A stretch of 64,000 bases of DNA, taken from positions 12,573,136-12,637,135 of the forward strand of contig CAJINV010000001.1 of NCBI GenBank assembly GCA_905178155.1, given 5' to 3'. Of this stretch, positions 46,786 to 57,619 are shown in pieces (within the stretch, counting starts at the first letter, position 1; every line of letters starts with the position of its first letter). The stretch is from Amoebophrya sp. A120 (lineage: Eukaryota; Protista; Dinoflagellata). Below the pieces are notes generated by a model. It was given only the letters and a program-made list of their open reading frames with translations. It made no database searches and was not told where the DNA came from. Made by a program: the position numbers and the translations under genes.

Positions 46786-48009
46786 ATGTCCCCACTAGTA
46801 CGTTCTAGTAGAAGTCTTTTTGATACAAGAATGCTGAAGAGCTTCAGGAAATCGAAAATCAAGAGTTTACCGCTTTTTTCAAGTCAAAAAGTTACGGCTT
46901 CACTCGCAAGCTCTCCAAACCATGCTCCAGCATTGCTAGAACAGACAAGGCGGGTCAATTGTCATTGCAGCGCCGTGCTCTTTTCGACGCACTCCCCAAC
47001 CTCGACAAGCATGCAGATGCAGGACTCGCTTAAAACCCGAACAGTCGAAGTGGAGCGGAAATTCGTTTTGACAGAGACCGCTTACGCAAACATTCAGGAG
47101 CGGTGCAAGTCGAAAGTAATTGAAGGGACTGAAGACGGTAAAAATACCATCACCCATCGCGACACCTATTACGACTTGGTTTCTAGAATTGAATTTGACG
47201 GGAAGCGCCGTTTTTATGCGTTCACTTCACAAGACTGGTGGTTGCGTCAGCGCGATGGTTCCTGGGAACTGAAAAAGCCGGTGACTGAGGAACAAGCAAC
47301 AGGAGATACAACCAATGCAAAATCCGACGCGTATGAAGAAATCCAGGACGAAACACGAATTACGGAGTTGCTGTGTGCAAAGGCTTTGGAACTAGAAGCT
47401 CAAAATTTCGTCACAGGATCTGAATCGGATTACTGGGTATGGAAAAAGTTTGTTGACATGCGGACTTTTCGGGAGAAGTGGATTCACGACGGGACAACCT
47501 TGAGTATCGACATCGATCGGGTCGAGTACTTGGAAGTAAAAGACGTGGAGCAAGAGAGCGTCAATTTAAGATCGTTGGCTTTACCTGCTGCAGCAGCAGC
47601 AGCCACCCGCGACGGTGCAGTGCTCCCGGATGCGTTCCGCATTTTCGAGGTCGAATGTCTTTTGCAGCTACGAGACGGAGAAGACGGCGAGGCTGAAATA
47701 GCCGCTGCGCGTGAAAGGATCGCGGAGTTCGGCGAGGAACTCATGCGAACTACTGCCGACTCGGGTGAGTGTGAGAAAGGAAAAGAGGATGCAAATTTTC
47801 AGCTGATGCTACAAGGTGGGAAAATTTTGTACTATTTGCAAAAGTATTCACCAGATCATTTCAAAACCCTTGTTGCTGCGTACCAGAAGCGAATGCAGCA
47901 AAAATCTTCTGCCCTTCGACATCAGCGGAGCTGCGGAGCGAACAGTGTGCAGGACCGTACAGTCTGCGCCTTTGATTCTTGTTTTGCTACTCCGTTGTAC
48001 GAAAAATAA
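46786..48009 (+). CDS. CYTH-domain protein, thiamine triphosphatase-like
   Basis: EVERKF, RDTYYD, WWLRQRDGSWELK, IDIDRV and FEVE motifs; basic Ser-rich N-terminal extension. Confidence 0.85.
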   Translation: MSPLVRSSRSLFDTRMLKSFRKSKIKSLPLFSSQKVTASLASSPNHAPALLEQTRRVNCHCSAVLFSTHSPTSTSMQMQDSLKTRTVEVERKFVLTETAYANIQERCKSKVIEGTEDGKNTITHRDTYYDLVSRIEFDGKRRFYAFTSQDWWLRQRDGSWELKKPVTEEQATGDTTNAKSDAYEEIQDETRITELLCAKALELEAQNFVTGSESDYWVWKKFVDMRTFREKWIHDGTTLSIDIDRVEYLEVKDVEQESVNLRSLALPAAAAAATRDGAVLPDAFRIFEVECLLQLRDGEDGEAEIAAARERIAEFGEELMRTTADSGECEKGKEDANFQLMLQGGKILYYLQKYSPDHFKTLVAAYQKRMQQKSSALRHQRSCGANSVQDRTVCAFDSCFATPLYEK

Positions 48010-48618
48010 ATGTGTCGTCATCGGTAACTGACAGACGACTTTATAATGCATTGTCGGTTCTGAGTCGTGCGTCTATGCCTTCGTAGGTAGCGAAAAGCAA
48101 AAGTCGTTTGTGTATCCTCTGACTAAAGAAAGTTTACGCAAATTATTTTCGGTTTTCGTATCTCCATGCTTATTCGGATTCGGTTTACAGCTTATTCGTA
48201 GTCGTTCGGTTTGCATCGCGTCACTGATGCTCCACTCTCGTACAATTCACTGCTATGAAGTTTGCTCGTCCGGTGTCTCTTCCTCGTATCGTCCGCGCAC
48301 TTGCGTACGCTCTTACTTCCCTTTCGTCGGTGCAAATCGCTCCCTTCTCAATCTAATTCCTTTGACAAGCAGCCTCAGCAGTTGTATCCCAACGCACCAA
48401 TTCATTGCAATTTTCGTCTCTAGTTAAAGATGTCTTGTTTGTGTTTGACCCCGTACAACTTTTCTTGCACCATCCCAGTTTCACGTCTTCTGTAACTGTG
48501 AGTAAATACGTCGTAGAAATCCTACCGTACAATAAAGGAGCACTTCACATAAGCAGCATACACAACGAACTCCCCGTCTACTTCATCGCGACGTTTGATA
48601 AAAACACCAACAATCGTC

Positions 48619-51477
48619 ATGTCGGACACGTTGAGCTCGGCTTCCACGGCCGCCACTCCTCGTGGCGGCTTTTTCGGCACCCCCCGCGCCATGTTTTCGG
48701 GAATGATGGGCAAAATGACCCCCCGCGGCGGCGGTGGCGGTTCTTTTGCGGGCACCCCGCGCGGCGCCGGCAACATGAGCTCCACGCCCCGCGGGGGCGG
48801 CAACATGAGCTCCACCCCGCGGGGCGACACCCCCCGCGGTGGAGGTGGGACGACACACGGCGCCCTCCCGGGCACGCCGCGGCCGCAGAGCCTGATGCCG
48901 AAGACGGGCATGCTGCGGTTCCCGATTTCCAGTTCCAGCGGCTTTAACTTCTACGGCGTTCTGGCCCGTGCGTGGAAAATATGAGAGTGCACAACTCGCC
49001 CTCCCCCTCATTTGAAGGGCATAAGCAGCAACACAAGTGCTGGCATAAATGCAGCTTTTGCATGACAAATTCGCGACCGATTACTGGGCTGTTTCGGCTT
49101 CCGAAACCTGTCATGCAAGAAGTGCCAAAGAGAAAAGGGTGGATTTGGTATTTTGCATGGCAAATGAGGGGGAGGGGGAGTTGTGCAATGTCATACAAAA
49201 CCGAGCCGCGTGGATTCGGTTTGATCGCGGAAAACGCGGTATCCTGAGCAAAAACGTACCCACACCAGAGTTGTAATGCAAATCTGCATGCTGAAAATGT
49301 TTCTCATGCGGAGCCCCATGAGAAGCATTTTCTAGTCGTGTTTTGCGATTTGTCATGCTCCAATCAGCATGGTATGCTAGATCTGTGATGCTGCTGAGGT
49401 AGCTCAAACAGCACTACACTACGAATCCAAATTTGTCATGCAAAACAGCCAAAGCTTGTGGATTTGTCTAGCCGATTCCCTATCTTGACTATGGTGTGGG
49501 TACGTTTTTACTCAGGATACGCGGAGGAGGAGAAGGAGGAGCAGGACGAGTGGGATTTGCTCCGGAAAAAGCTCCGGCTCCGCATCGTCGGCGTGATCGA
49601 CGCCACGGACAAGCCCGAAGAGTGGCTGGAGTTCGTGATGCCCAAAACCCGGGGCGCCACGGACCCGATCGCGGAAATCCAGCGCCGGCTGTCGCCCGAA
49701 CACCACCTGCTCCTCTTCGACCAGAAGCTCGGCGTGATTGACCGCAAGGAGGTCCCGGTGCGGCGCCGGGAGGACCTGGTGCAGCACACCATGGCGGGCT
49801 GCGACCGGGTTATTGAGCAATACAACTACGTTCGGGATCAGCTCTTCCCGTGCTACATGACCACCACACCGACCTACGTCGTGTTTCACGGGCTGCTCGA
49901 CAAGATCCGGTTGGAAGACAATCCGAAGGAGGAGCCGAACGAAAAGGGGATCGCGGAACAGTACGCGAAGGAACTGAAGGGGTCCGACATCTACGTGTGC
50001 GAAGGCTTTTTCTGCTGCAAGCCGCCGCATTTCGACCTGTCGGATTTGAAATCCCCGAGGAAGGAAGGCGAGCCCTCCCCAAGGCCAGTGGCAAAACCGA
50101 AGAAGAAACCGGAACACTTGTACGAGACGAATCCGGACAAGAAGCCCGTGATCCGCGTGGTGTTGGACAAATCGCTGAACGGGGTCATTCACGTGGAAGT
50201 CCGGGCCTACATCCCGCCCCGGACCAAACTCGGGAAAATCGTGAACGTCTTGCTGCAGCGAAGAAGCTACAACGTGAACACGCGAAAGTACGTGTTCAAG
50301 GGCGACGCGTTGCCGAATCTACGCAACACGCTGAAAATTACGTACGAAACGCCGCAGCGGACGAATGTCACGTGCTTTTTCGAGAACGTCTACGACTGGG
50401 ACCGCGTGCAGTGGATTCTCGTCTGGCTCTTTCCCTACGACGACGAGAAACTCCACCAGCGCATGATGAGTTTCTGGAACGACCGAGTGGACCCGCAAAG
50501 GGACGTCGCGGAGTACTGGTTCAAGGACAGAATACAGGAGTTCACCCGGGGTGTGTCCCGACAGGATTGCGACTTCTGCGAACACGTGACCGGCCGGGTC
50601 AAGAAGAAGGGACGCTCACACCAGAGTTCCACCGCGCCGACGCCGCGACCCGCGGACGGAGCGGGTGGTCCAGGAGGACCCCTCGCGGGACTGAAAAACG
50701 CGATGGCAAAGAAGTTGGCGGAATCCAGGGCAGAAAAAATGCTCCAGGTATAATAATTTTACTGTATGCGACTGTTGCTGTGCTGTGATGTGCCCCTTTT
50801 TGTCTTTTGCTTACTATTGATGGTTCACGATGAGGATGAAGCGCAAGGAGCGCGGATGTGCTGATTCCCAATAAGATTGAACGAGTCAGAATTGATGTTC
50901 CAACTCAAATGACTTTCAGTCCGTCGACGAGGATAAGACCTCTCCAGAACCAGCGGCACCGCCACCCGCCGATACACCCGCAGATATCAAATGTAAAAGT
51001 GTCTGGGTCTGGAAGAATGCAACTTGTGATGCTGCATTTGGATTCCAGAAAAATCTGTATTGCATGAGTACCAAAAGGAATGCAATTTTTGCTACGCGGA
51101 GACGGCATCTGTCATGCGGAATAGGCATCAAGAAGCTCTCAAAAAATCTGTGATGCTAGGGCATGCATCACAGACATCAGGGCTCATGCAAAACGTGCAT
51201 GACAAGTGTCAGAATCTTCCAGTCCCAGACATTTTTACAGTTGATAGCAGAGGACGCGGCACCAAAGAAGTCCTCTTTGATGGGCAAGCTGGGAAAGATG
51301 AGCATGATGGAGAAGCTTCGTACCGTTGTGAAGAAAGCGCTGGCAGAAAGGTCGTTGACTTTCAAGTTCCCCGCGTTTCCGAGAACAGATCCGAATGGAG
51401 ACCTGAGAACAATGACAGAATTTGCCATGCGCAGTGCGGAAGACGGCCTGCTGGAGGTCGTCGCGAAGATGGAGTAG
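48619..51477 (+). CDS. Hypothetical protein with N-terminal Thr-Pro-Arg-Gly repeats; exons 48619-48979, 49201-49239, 49525-50747, 50920-50984, 51252-51477
   Basis: All five exons join in frame after removing three introners and GT-AG intron 50748-50919. Confidence 0.78.
48980..49195. mobile_element. Introner/MITE family C, 216 bp
   Basis: TIRs TATGAGAGTGCACAACTCGCCCTCCCCCTCATTT / AAATGAGGGGGAGGGGGAGTTGTGCAATGTCATA; direct repeat GAAAA / CAAAA. Confidence 0.9.
49240..49519. mobile_element. Introner/MITE family B, 280 bp
   Basis: TIRs; direct repeat CGCGG at 49235-49239 and 49520-49524; join AENA|EEEKEE. Confidence 0.93.
50985..51246. mobile_element. Introner/MITE family A, 262 bp
   Basis: TIRs; direct repeat GCAGA at 50980-50984 and 51247-51251; join DTPA|EDAAPKK. 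Confidence 0.92.
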
Positions 51478-52253
51478 AGCACATCTAGATTCCTTTTGAC
51501 GGAGATAGTATTTTTGCAGACACTTCTAAAAAGGACTGCTGAGGCGACCACAGGAATCAAGTGGTAGTGATGATTCAATTCAATATTTTGGAGACAACCC
51601 ACCCTAATTTCGATTTTCTGTATGATTTTTACAGTAGCATATTTTTTCCCCCCATCGCAATTCGAGAGTGTGCCGCCCAATCTCAAACTTTTTGCACAAC
51701 ACAAACACTTATCAACAAAGCATTTTTGCATAATTCCAGAGCTCAACGAAACCAAGAGACGAGAGCAAATGAAGAAGCGCTACTACTTGTGGCCAAAGCA
51801 CTCAATCAAGACCCCAATCGACTTAATAATTTTCTGCACTTTTTAACCCAACGAAAAACGGAACCCGCGCCCGCCAATCAATCTGACCATCGAAGAAAAA
51901 GCATATATCATTCATAGACACTGCGTCCGTGCCTTCATTTGGGCCTCTCGCTGAAATCACGTGGCGTAATTTGTTTTTGTTCGCAATTAGCTGCTCAATT
52001 GGAACTCGAACTCGTTCTCGTCGTCGTCTGAATTTTCATCGTGTTCGCGAAAAATCGTCTATCTCATCGTCGTGTCCGAGCACTCTTGTAGAGCATCGTT
52101 TGGTAAGGTGAATCTCTCGAGAAAGAGAAGATAAACTGGCCCCAGTGCGTGTTCCCAATATCACTCGTGGCTTCTATCGTCCTTGCTGCTAGTTTTCGTA
52201 AGAGAGAGTCAATCTAAGTAGAAACCACATCCGATTGCCTTTGTCTTTAGAAA

Positions 52254-55200
52254 ATGTTGCGGACGGTAATTTTGCTGCAGCTCCTTGTCGTCGCGGTTCC
52301 CGGGCGCCAGCGTATGCTGCGTCGCGAGCCCCGACCAAGCGATACGACCACGACCACCGTGCTGCCCCCCGTGACGATTTTACAGAAAGGAGAGGAGAAC
52401 TTAGAAAATCCTGCTGCTAGTGAAGCAGCTGCTGAAGCTGGTGCAGCCGATGCGAGTAGTTCTCCTGTGCAACAAGAAGTTTCCGATCAGGACGTCGACA
52501 TCGATGCGACGGGCAGAAGCACAGAGGTTCCTGCGACTGCGAAAGAAAGGGGAACGCAGGAAGCTTCTGCACTGGCATCTGCTACGGCCTCGCAGCAGAG
52601 CAGCAGTGTGCAGAACGCTGACAGCGAGGGTGCGGCCTCCGCGAGTGCTTTCGACGCGCCATTGTCTCAACCGAACGCAGGGACTGGTCAGCATCCCGCT
52701 TCGTCACAAGTCGGTACTCCACCGGCGGTTCGTGAAGAAGAAGCGGAGATGAAGCAGGGGGAGAATCAGGAGGGAGAAGCTTCGCCACAAATAGCAGAGC
52801 GTACGGGCGAACCCGAAACACGCAAAGCGCAGAAGGGCAGTACGGGGAGAGAGGACGAAAACAGTACGAAGAAGAGCGCAGGGACGACAGCACTGGGAGA
52901 GCACCAGAAGATCGGCGCTGAGAAGTCTACGAGCGTTGAGAGTTCTGCGTCGTCGGCGGGAATGGCACAGTACATCCAGAAGCTTCAGGATGTTGTGCAC
53001 GGAATTTCGCAGCACCTGGCGAAACTGACTTCGAAATCGATGGGAAGTGAGAAAGCGCAAGCTGATTCGCCGAAGGAACAGAAGACGAGCCAAAGTGAAG
53101 CAGCCGGGGCTCCAGCTCCTCCTTCCGCGCTGTTGCAACTGCGAGTTGGCGCGGATCCTTCGGCCGCCGCGAAAGCAGAAGCGGGTACAGCAGATGCGCC
53201 AGATGCAAAAGCTGAAGCGGCACCTGCGGCAGCGCCAGAAGCCGCGGGAGGGGATGCGGCAGCCCCGAAGGAGGCGGCAGAAGGAGGGGATGCGGCAGCC
53301 CCGAAGGAGGGAGCAGCAGGTGGAGATGCGGCAGATGCAGCGACACCCGCGGCAGCGCCAGAAGCTGCAGGAGAGGATGCGGCAGCGCCGAAGGAGGCGG
53401 CAGAAGGAGGGGATGCGGTAGCGCCGAAGGAGGCGGCAGCAGCTGGAGATGCGGCAGATGAAGCGACACCCGCGGCAGCGCCAGAAGCCGCGGAACAAGG
53501 GGACGACGCTGCAGCCCCGAAGGAGGCCGCTGGAGGTGGCGATGCGGCAGATGCAGCGACCCCTGCAGCAGCGGCTGATGAAGGAGCGGCAGCTGCGCCT
53601 GCCGCCGTACCAGCGGATGCAAAGGACGCGGTGACGCGGCCCGAGCAGCAGTCGCAGCAGGATGACAAAGACGAGGCGGATGAACACGCGGCACGAGATG
53701 CGTGGTTCGCAAACTTCGCGGACGTGGTGAGCGAGGCAAAGGAGACTGGCAAGATCGTAGACCAGGCCGTAGACTCGTTTGATCAGCACGGCAAGGACGC
53801 CCTGGTTTCCATCCACGAAATCGGGCGTCGCAGGACGGTGGCCCAAGAGGCCGCGAAAGAGTACATTTTCTGATTGTGGTTTCATGTTTGACCACTCGTT
53901 TTCATCGTTGGATTTCTTTTTTCAGAAATTTCAAAAACTCGGTTTTGGATTTACACCTGAGGACAACTCACACTCAACACAGTTACCTCGGCATGCTTGA
54001 TAAAGCGTCGACTATCCGGAGTGACATGCGGCAGGCGTTTTTGAAGAAACTGGGTCAAGAGGAGAAGCAAACCCGGGCAGAGACCAAGGCTTTTCCGGGT
54101 ACTGGTTTCCTCTCGGGCGATGACGCGCTGGTGCTGCCCGGCGTGCAGAAGGAAACGGACAGCGCTGTGGCCAAGCGGCTGGCTTCGTTGGACCGGGAGC
54201 TAGAACGGTTCTCTGTGATGTCACCCGAGGAGCGGGTGACCACGTTCAAGACCCTCGCGGCAGGCCCGAAGGACGCCGAAAAGGCGAGAAAGAGCACCGA
54301 GGAGCTGGAAAAGCAGTTGAAAGATTTGGTAACGGATGGAACCAAAAGCACCGCGGAGCAAGTAGAGCAGCTCTACCCAAAAAAGGTGTCTGCTGCGAAT
54401 CCTGCCTCGTTTGTGCAGTTGGCAAGCGACAGTTCAACATCTGTCACTGCGACAGGTGCTGCGCCGTCTGCTGGGAAAATGTTGAACAAGGTGGAAAATA
54501 AGCACGGCTCTGCTGCTGATGCAACGGCAACTTCAAAACCAAATTCCTTCATCCAGCAACAGGTCCCTGCGGTTGCCGCAGCCACAGAAGGATCAGCATC
54601 CGCTGCGAAAACAAAATCACCCAGCACCGGTGGCACGGATCCAGAGTCCCCAGTGTACGTGGCCGTCGCCAGGGCCGCACAGGCACTCGAAACAGGTTTT
54701 GCAGCGCTCGACGAGGAAATAGCGACGACCGCGGAGCGGCTGCGGAAGCTGCAAAAGCTCTGCCCGTTGCTGCAATACGACAGATCCGAATCCGGATCTG
54801 CAGCTGCCGCGGAGTGTAGCGAGAAGTGGCACGAAACCGACCACGCATTTGACATGCTGAAGGAGAAGCGCAAGACCTGCGGCGAACGCGAGGCGAGCTG
54901 GAAGAAGCAGGTCTTGACCACGATTGCGAACGCGTCCAACGACGAGAACTCGGACAAAGTGCAGCCGCGCGACGCGGTGTACAAAACCATCTACAAGTCC
55001 ATCACTCAGCTTTACCAGGGTCTGACTTCCGAACAGATGCAAGGGGTCGGGTCGGTGGATGAAGACGCGAAGCCAAATGCACCCCAGCTCTACGATACGG
55101 CCACGAAGTCCACCTCCCGGCAGCTCGCCCGCGAGTGTTTTCAGACGGGCATGAAGGTGGGGTTGGCGTTTCTCGACCTGGTTCGGGGTGCGAACGCGCA

Positions 55201-55399
55201 GCCGGGGTCCTTCGACCGGGCGAAAGCGAGAATGCTTGATACCCGGGACGAAGTCGAGCAGCGCATCGTGTTCTTGCAAATGGAGGGCCAAGACTCGAGC
55301 CTGTGGGCTCCCGTCAACAAAAACCTCGACGCACTTATCGACCAAACGGAGGGAGTCGGGGCGGAAAAGGGAAAATCTGACTCGTCTTGGTTTCGATGA
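52254..55399 (+). CDS. Secreted Ala/Glu-rich repetitive protein; exons 52254-53860 and 53983-55399
   Basis: Signal-peptide-like N-terminus; phase-2 GT-AG intron 53861-53982 fuses the two ORFs (AK|DYLGML). Confidence 0.72.
53200..53610 (+). repeat. Coding tandem repeats (GGDAAAPKEAA / ATPAAAPEAA)
   Basis: Visible at both DNA and protein level. Confidence 0.8.
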
Positions 55400-56467
55400 C
55401 CATCACCTACACTTGTTTTTCAGCAGAGCTAATCCTGTGTACTTATTCGTATTCTTAACAACATCGAGGAGGTGATCAAACCAATCACTTGTATGGATTC
55501 CAACCCCTATGTAAAATCCTTGCTGTATATGTACAATTCAACTAAATCTTCACCGCTCGACCTGTTCGCTACGGGTTTCTAGAATGACAAAATCAATTTT
55601 GGAACTTTGTATCTCCAAGAATCCTCTGGCTCAGTGTGCAGTGAGCAAAGCAATATCCAGGCTGGGAATGGTCCCGGACGGCTAGGGATGGTCTCTACTC
55701 CCGGCATCCCTCTCTCGGTGTGTTTCTACAAAGCCATTGACTCGGTATTTTCATGTGCGTGTTAAAATTTCTAGACAAGTCCATGTGCTGCGCGTTTCGG
55801 TCGGTAAGTACTGCAAATCGCATCTGTATCCGTTCGGTTGCAGGAGCAACTCGCTCAAAAATCTGCTTTTCTCGGTATGTCGTTTGGTGTCCTTCGCACG
55901 ATGGTGCTCTCGGTGACGCAGCCTCTGCTTTATTGTACATAGTTGTCTCTGCTGCCTTAAGAACTCGACGTCGACACCGTCCTGGGAATATGTATCCATA
56001 TCTGGCAAGTGCGTTATTCGTAGAAAACTTCTGACAGTGTGGCATTCTCTCATCAAAGTATCTCACGCCCCAAAGTAATTTTAAGCCTTTATTGAACTCT
56101 ATTTTCTCGCTGTTCCGTGCAGATTCGTGATCGTAAACAAATTTTTATACGTACTGTTGATTCTTGTTTCCAGCTAAACCATGCGGAGTGCACCAGCAGG
56201 CCGGTCCCCTGTGCCCGCTCGAGGATACAGTGGCACCCCAGCTCGGAAAAAACAGGAAGGAGAAGCTTGGGCGGACAGGTCACCCTATCAGGACAAAGCG
56301 GGCAAGCAACCGTATTTGTTATTTTCTCAGTTTTCGAGGCATCGCACACCTCATAATCATTGTCATTTACTCGACCCCTGTCTGCCCACCGTGGGGCCTC
56401 GCATGTTATGATGCAAAGTTAGAAAACAACATAAACAAGAAGACCTTCTACTGACAAATTTTTCTGA

Positions 56468-56920
56468 ATGATTTTTTTACCACTTAGGTACAACTACGTG
56501 CCCAACGCAAACTCGCCGAAGCTGTCGCCCAGAAGCCAGGTCGCCAAGCTGTCCCCTAGGAGCATGGCCTCGGCGAGGAAGGCCACCACGAAAACCGGAC
56601 TGCAGTCGGGGCAAAGCAGTCCCTCGTCATTTTTTTCGGTACCTGAGGAAGTTCCGGAGAAGACTCCGGGGGACGAGGAAGAGCTCGGGCGGTTTGGCCG
56701 CTTCCGCAAGTGGTGCGGGGAACACAAGAAGACCGTGGCCGCCGGAGTGGCGGTGGTCTCGCTGGCGAGCATTGCCGCGGTCGTGTACTACAAGCCAGAA
56801 CTCGCACCTGAGGGAGCCATGAAAAAGGTGCAAGACACCAAGGAAAAATGGACTTACACGTGGAATTGGAAAATCAAAGTGCCGGAGGTCAAGGTGCACG
56901 TCCCGACGGTGTCGAACTGA
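56468..56920 (+). CDS. Small hypothetical protein with one transmembrane helix (5' exon uncertain)
   Basis: Coding-like codon usage; hydrophobic TVAAGVAVVSLASIAAVVYY; probable acceptor TTAG near 56488. Confidence 0.55.
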   Translation: MIFLPLRYNYVPNANSPKLSPRSQVAKLSPRSMASARKATTKTGLQSGQSSPSSFFSVPEEVPEKTPGDEEELGRFGRFRKWCGEHKKTVAAGVAVVSLASIAAVVYYKPELAPEGAMKKVQDTKEKWTYTWNWKIKVPEVKVHVPTVSN

Positions 56921-57619
56921 GTTTTCTTGCCTTTATGTATGATATCCGAGGGGAGACACCTTTTTGCGCTGCTAAGCGACCAGTTTTCGATGTTGAGTTG
57001 TTTGAGATTTTTCTGACTTTTCCCTACATACTCATTTCCGTTTTCTACAGTCTGGGAGTACGTCGATTCTCATTTTTTTCATCTGAGAGTTTTTGCAGAG
57101 AAAATGACTACCTATTGTTCATCGCTTGTTCATGTTCTCTCAATTTTTCGCCAGTGTTGCTGTTGTTAACAAGCAGGAGTTTGATACTCCTTTGTAGTTT
57201 TGCAGGTCAACAAGGTAAAATCCACACTTAACGACTTTTTTGACCTGCCAGCATGTTTTTCGCATGGTAAGTGTACAATGTCATAGCGGAAAAAAACTGC
57301 GTCTCGGGCAGTTGCTCTCTGGACAAGTTGTCTCAGTGTACAAACCACGATGTAATATGTCCTACAGAAGTTTCTGTTCGTATTTCGTACAGTCAAATAA
57401 TCGGTTTGCGTTTCGGTACCTTCACTACTTGATGCGATCCGGACATGCAAGATTTCCTGCAGTGGTTGAAAGCGATCATACGTACTTTTTTCCAAAGCTG
57501 TTACGCTGCAACATATGCCCAAAACAGATGATTTCGACCTTCTCTCGCTCGCGCAGTTCCATTTTGTATAAGAATTGCTTCTGTATTTTTCGAGCAATAA
57601 AAAAAAATGGCCACGAGTC

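Noticed and set aside
1507-51246. Recurring peptide YQMQKCLGLE / ILPDPDIFAF as a protein domain
   Set aside because: It is the translation of family A TIRs read through from exons.
52704-53895. Long minus-strand ORFs (393, 322 and 255 aa)
   Set aside because: Antisense shadows of the repetitive Ala-rich + strand gene.
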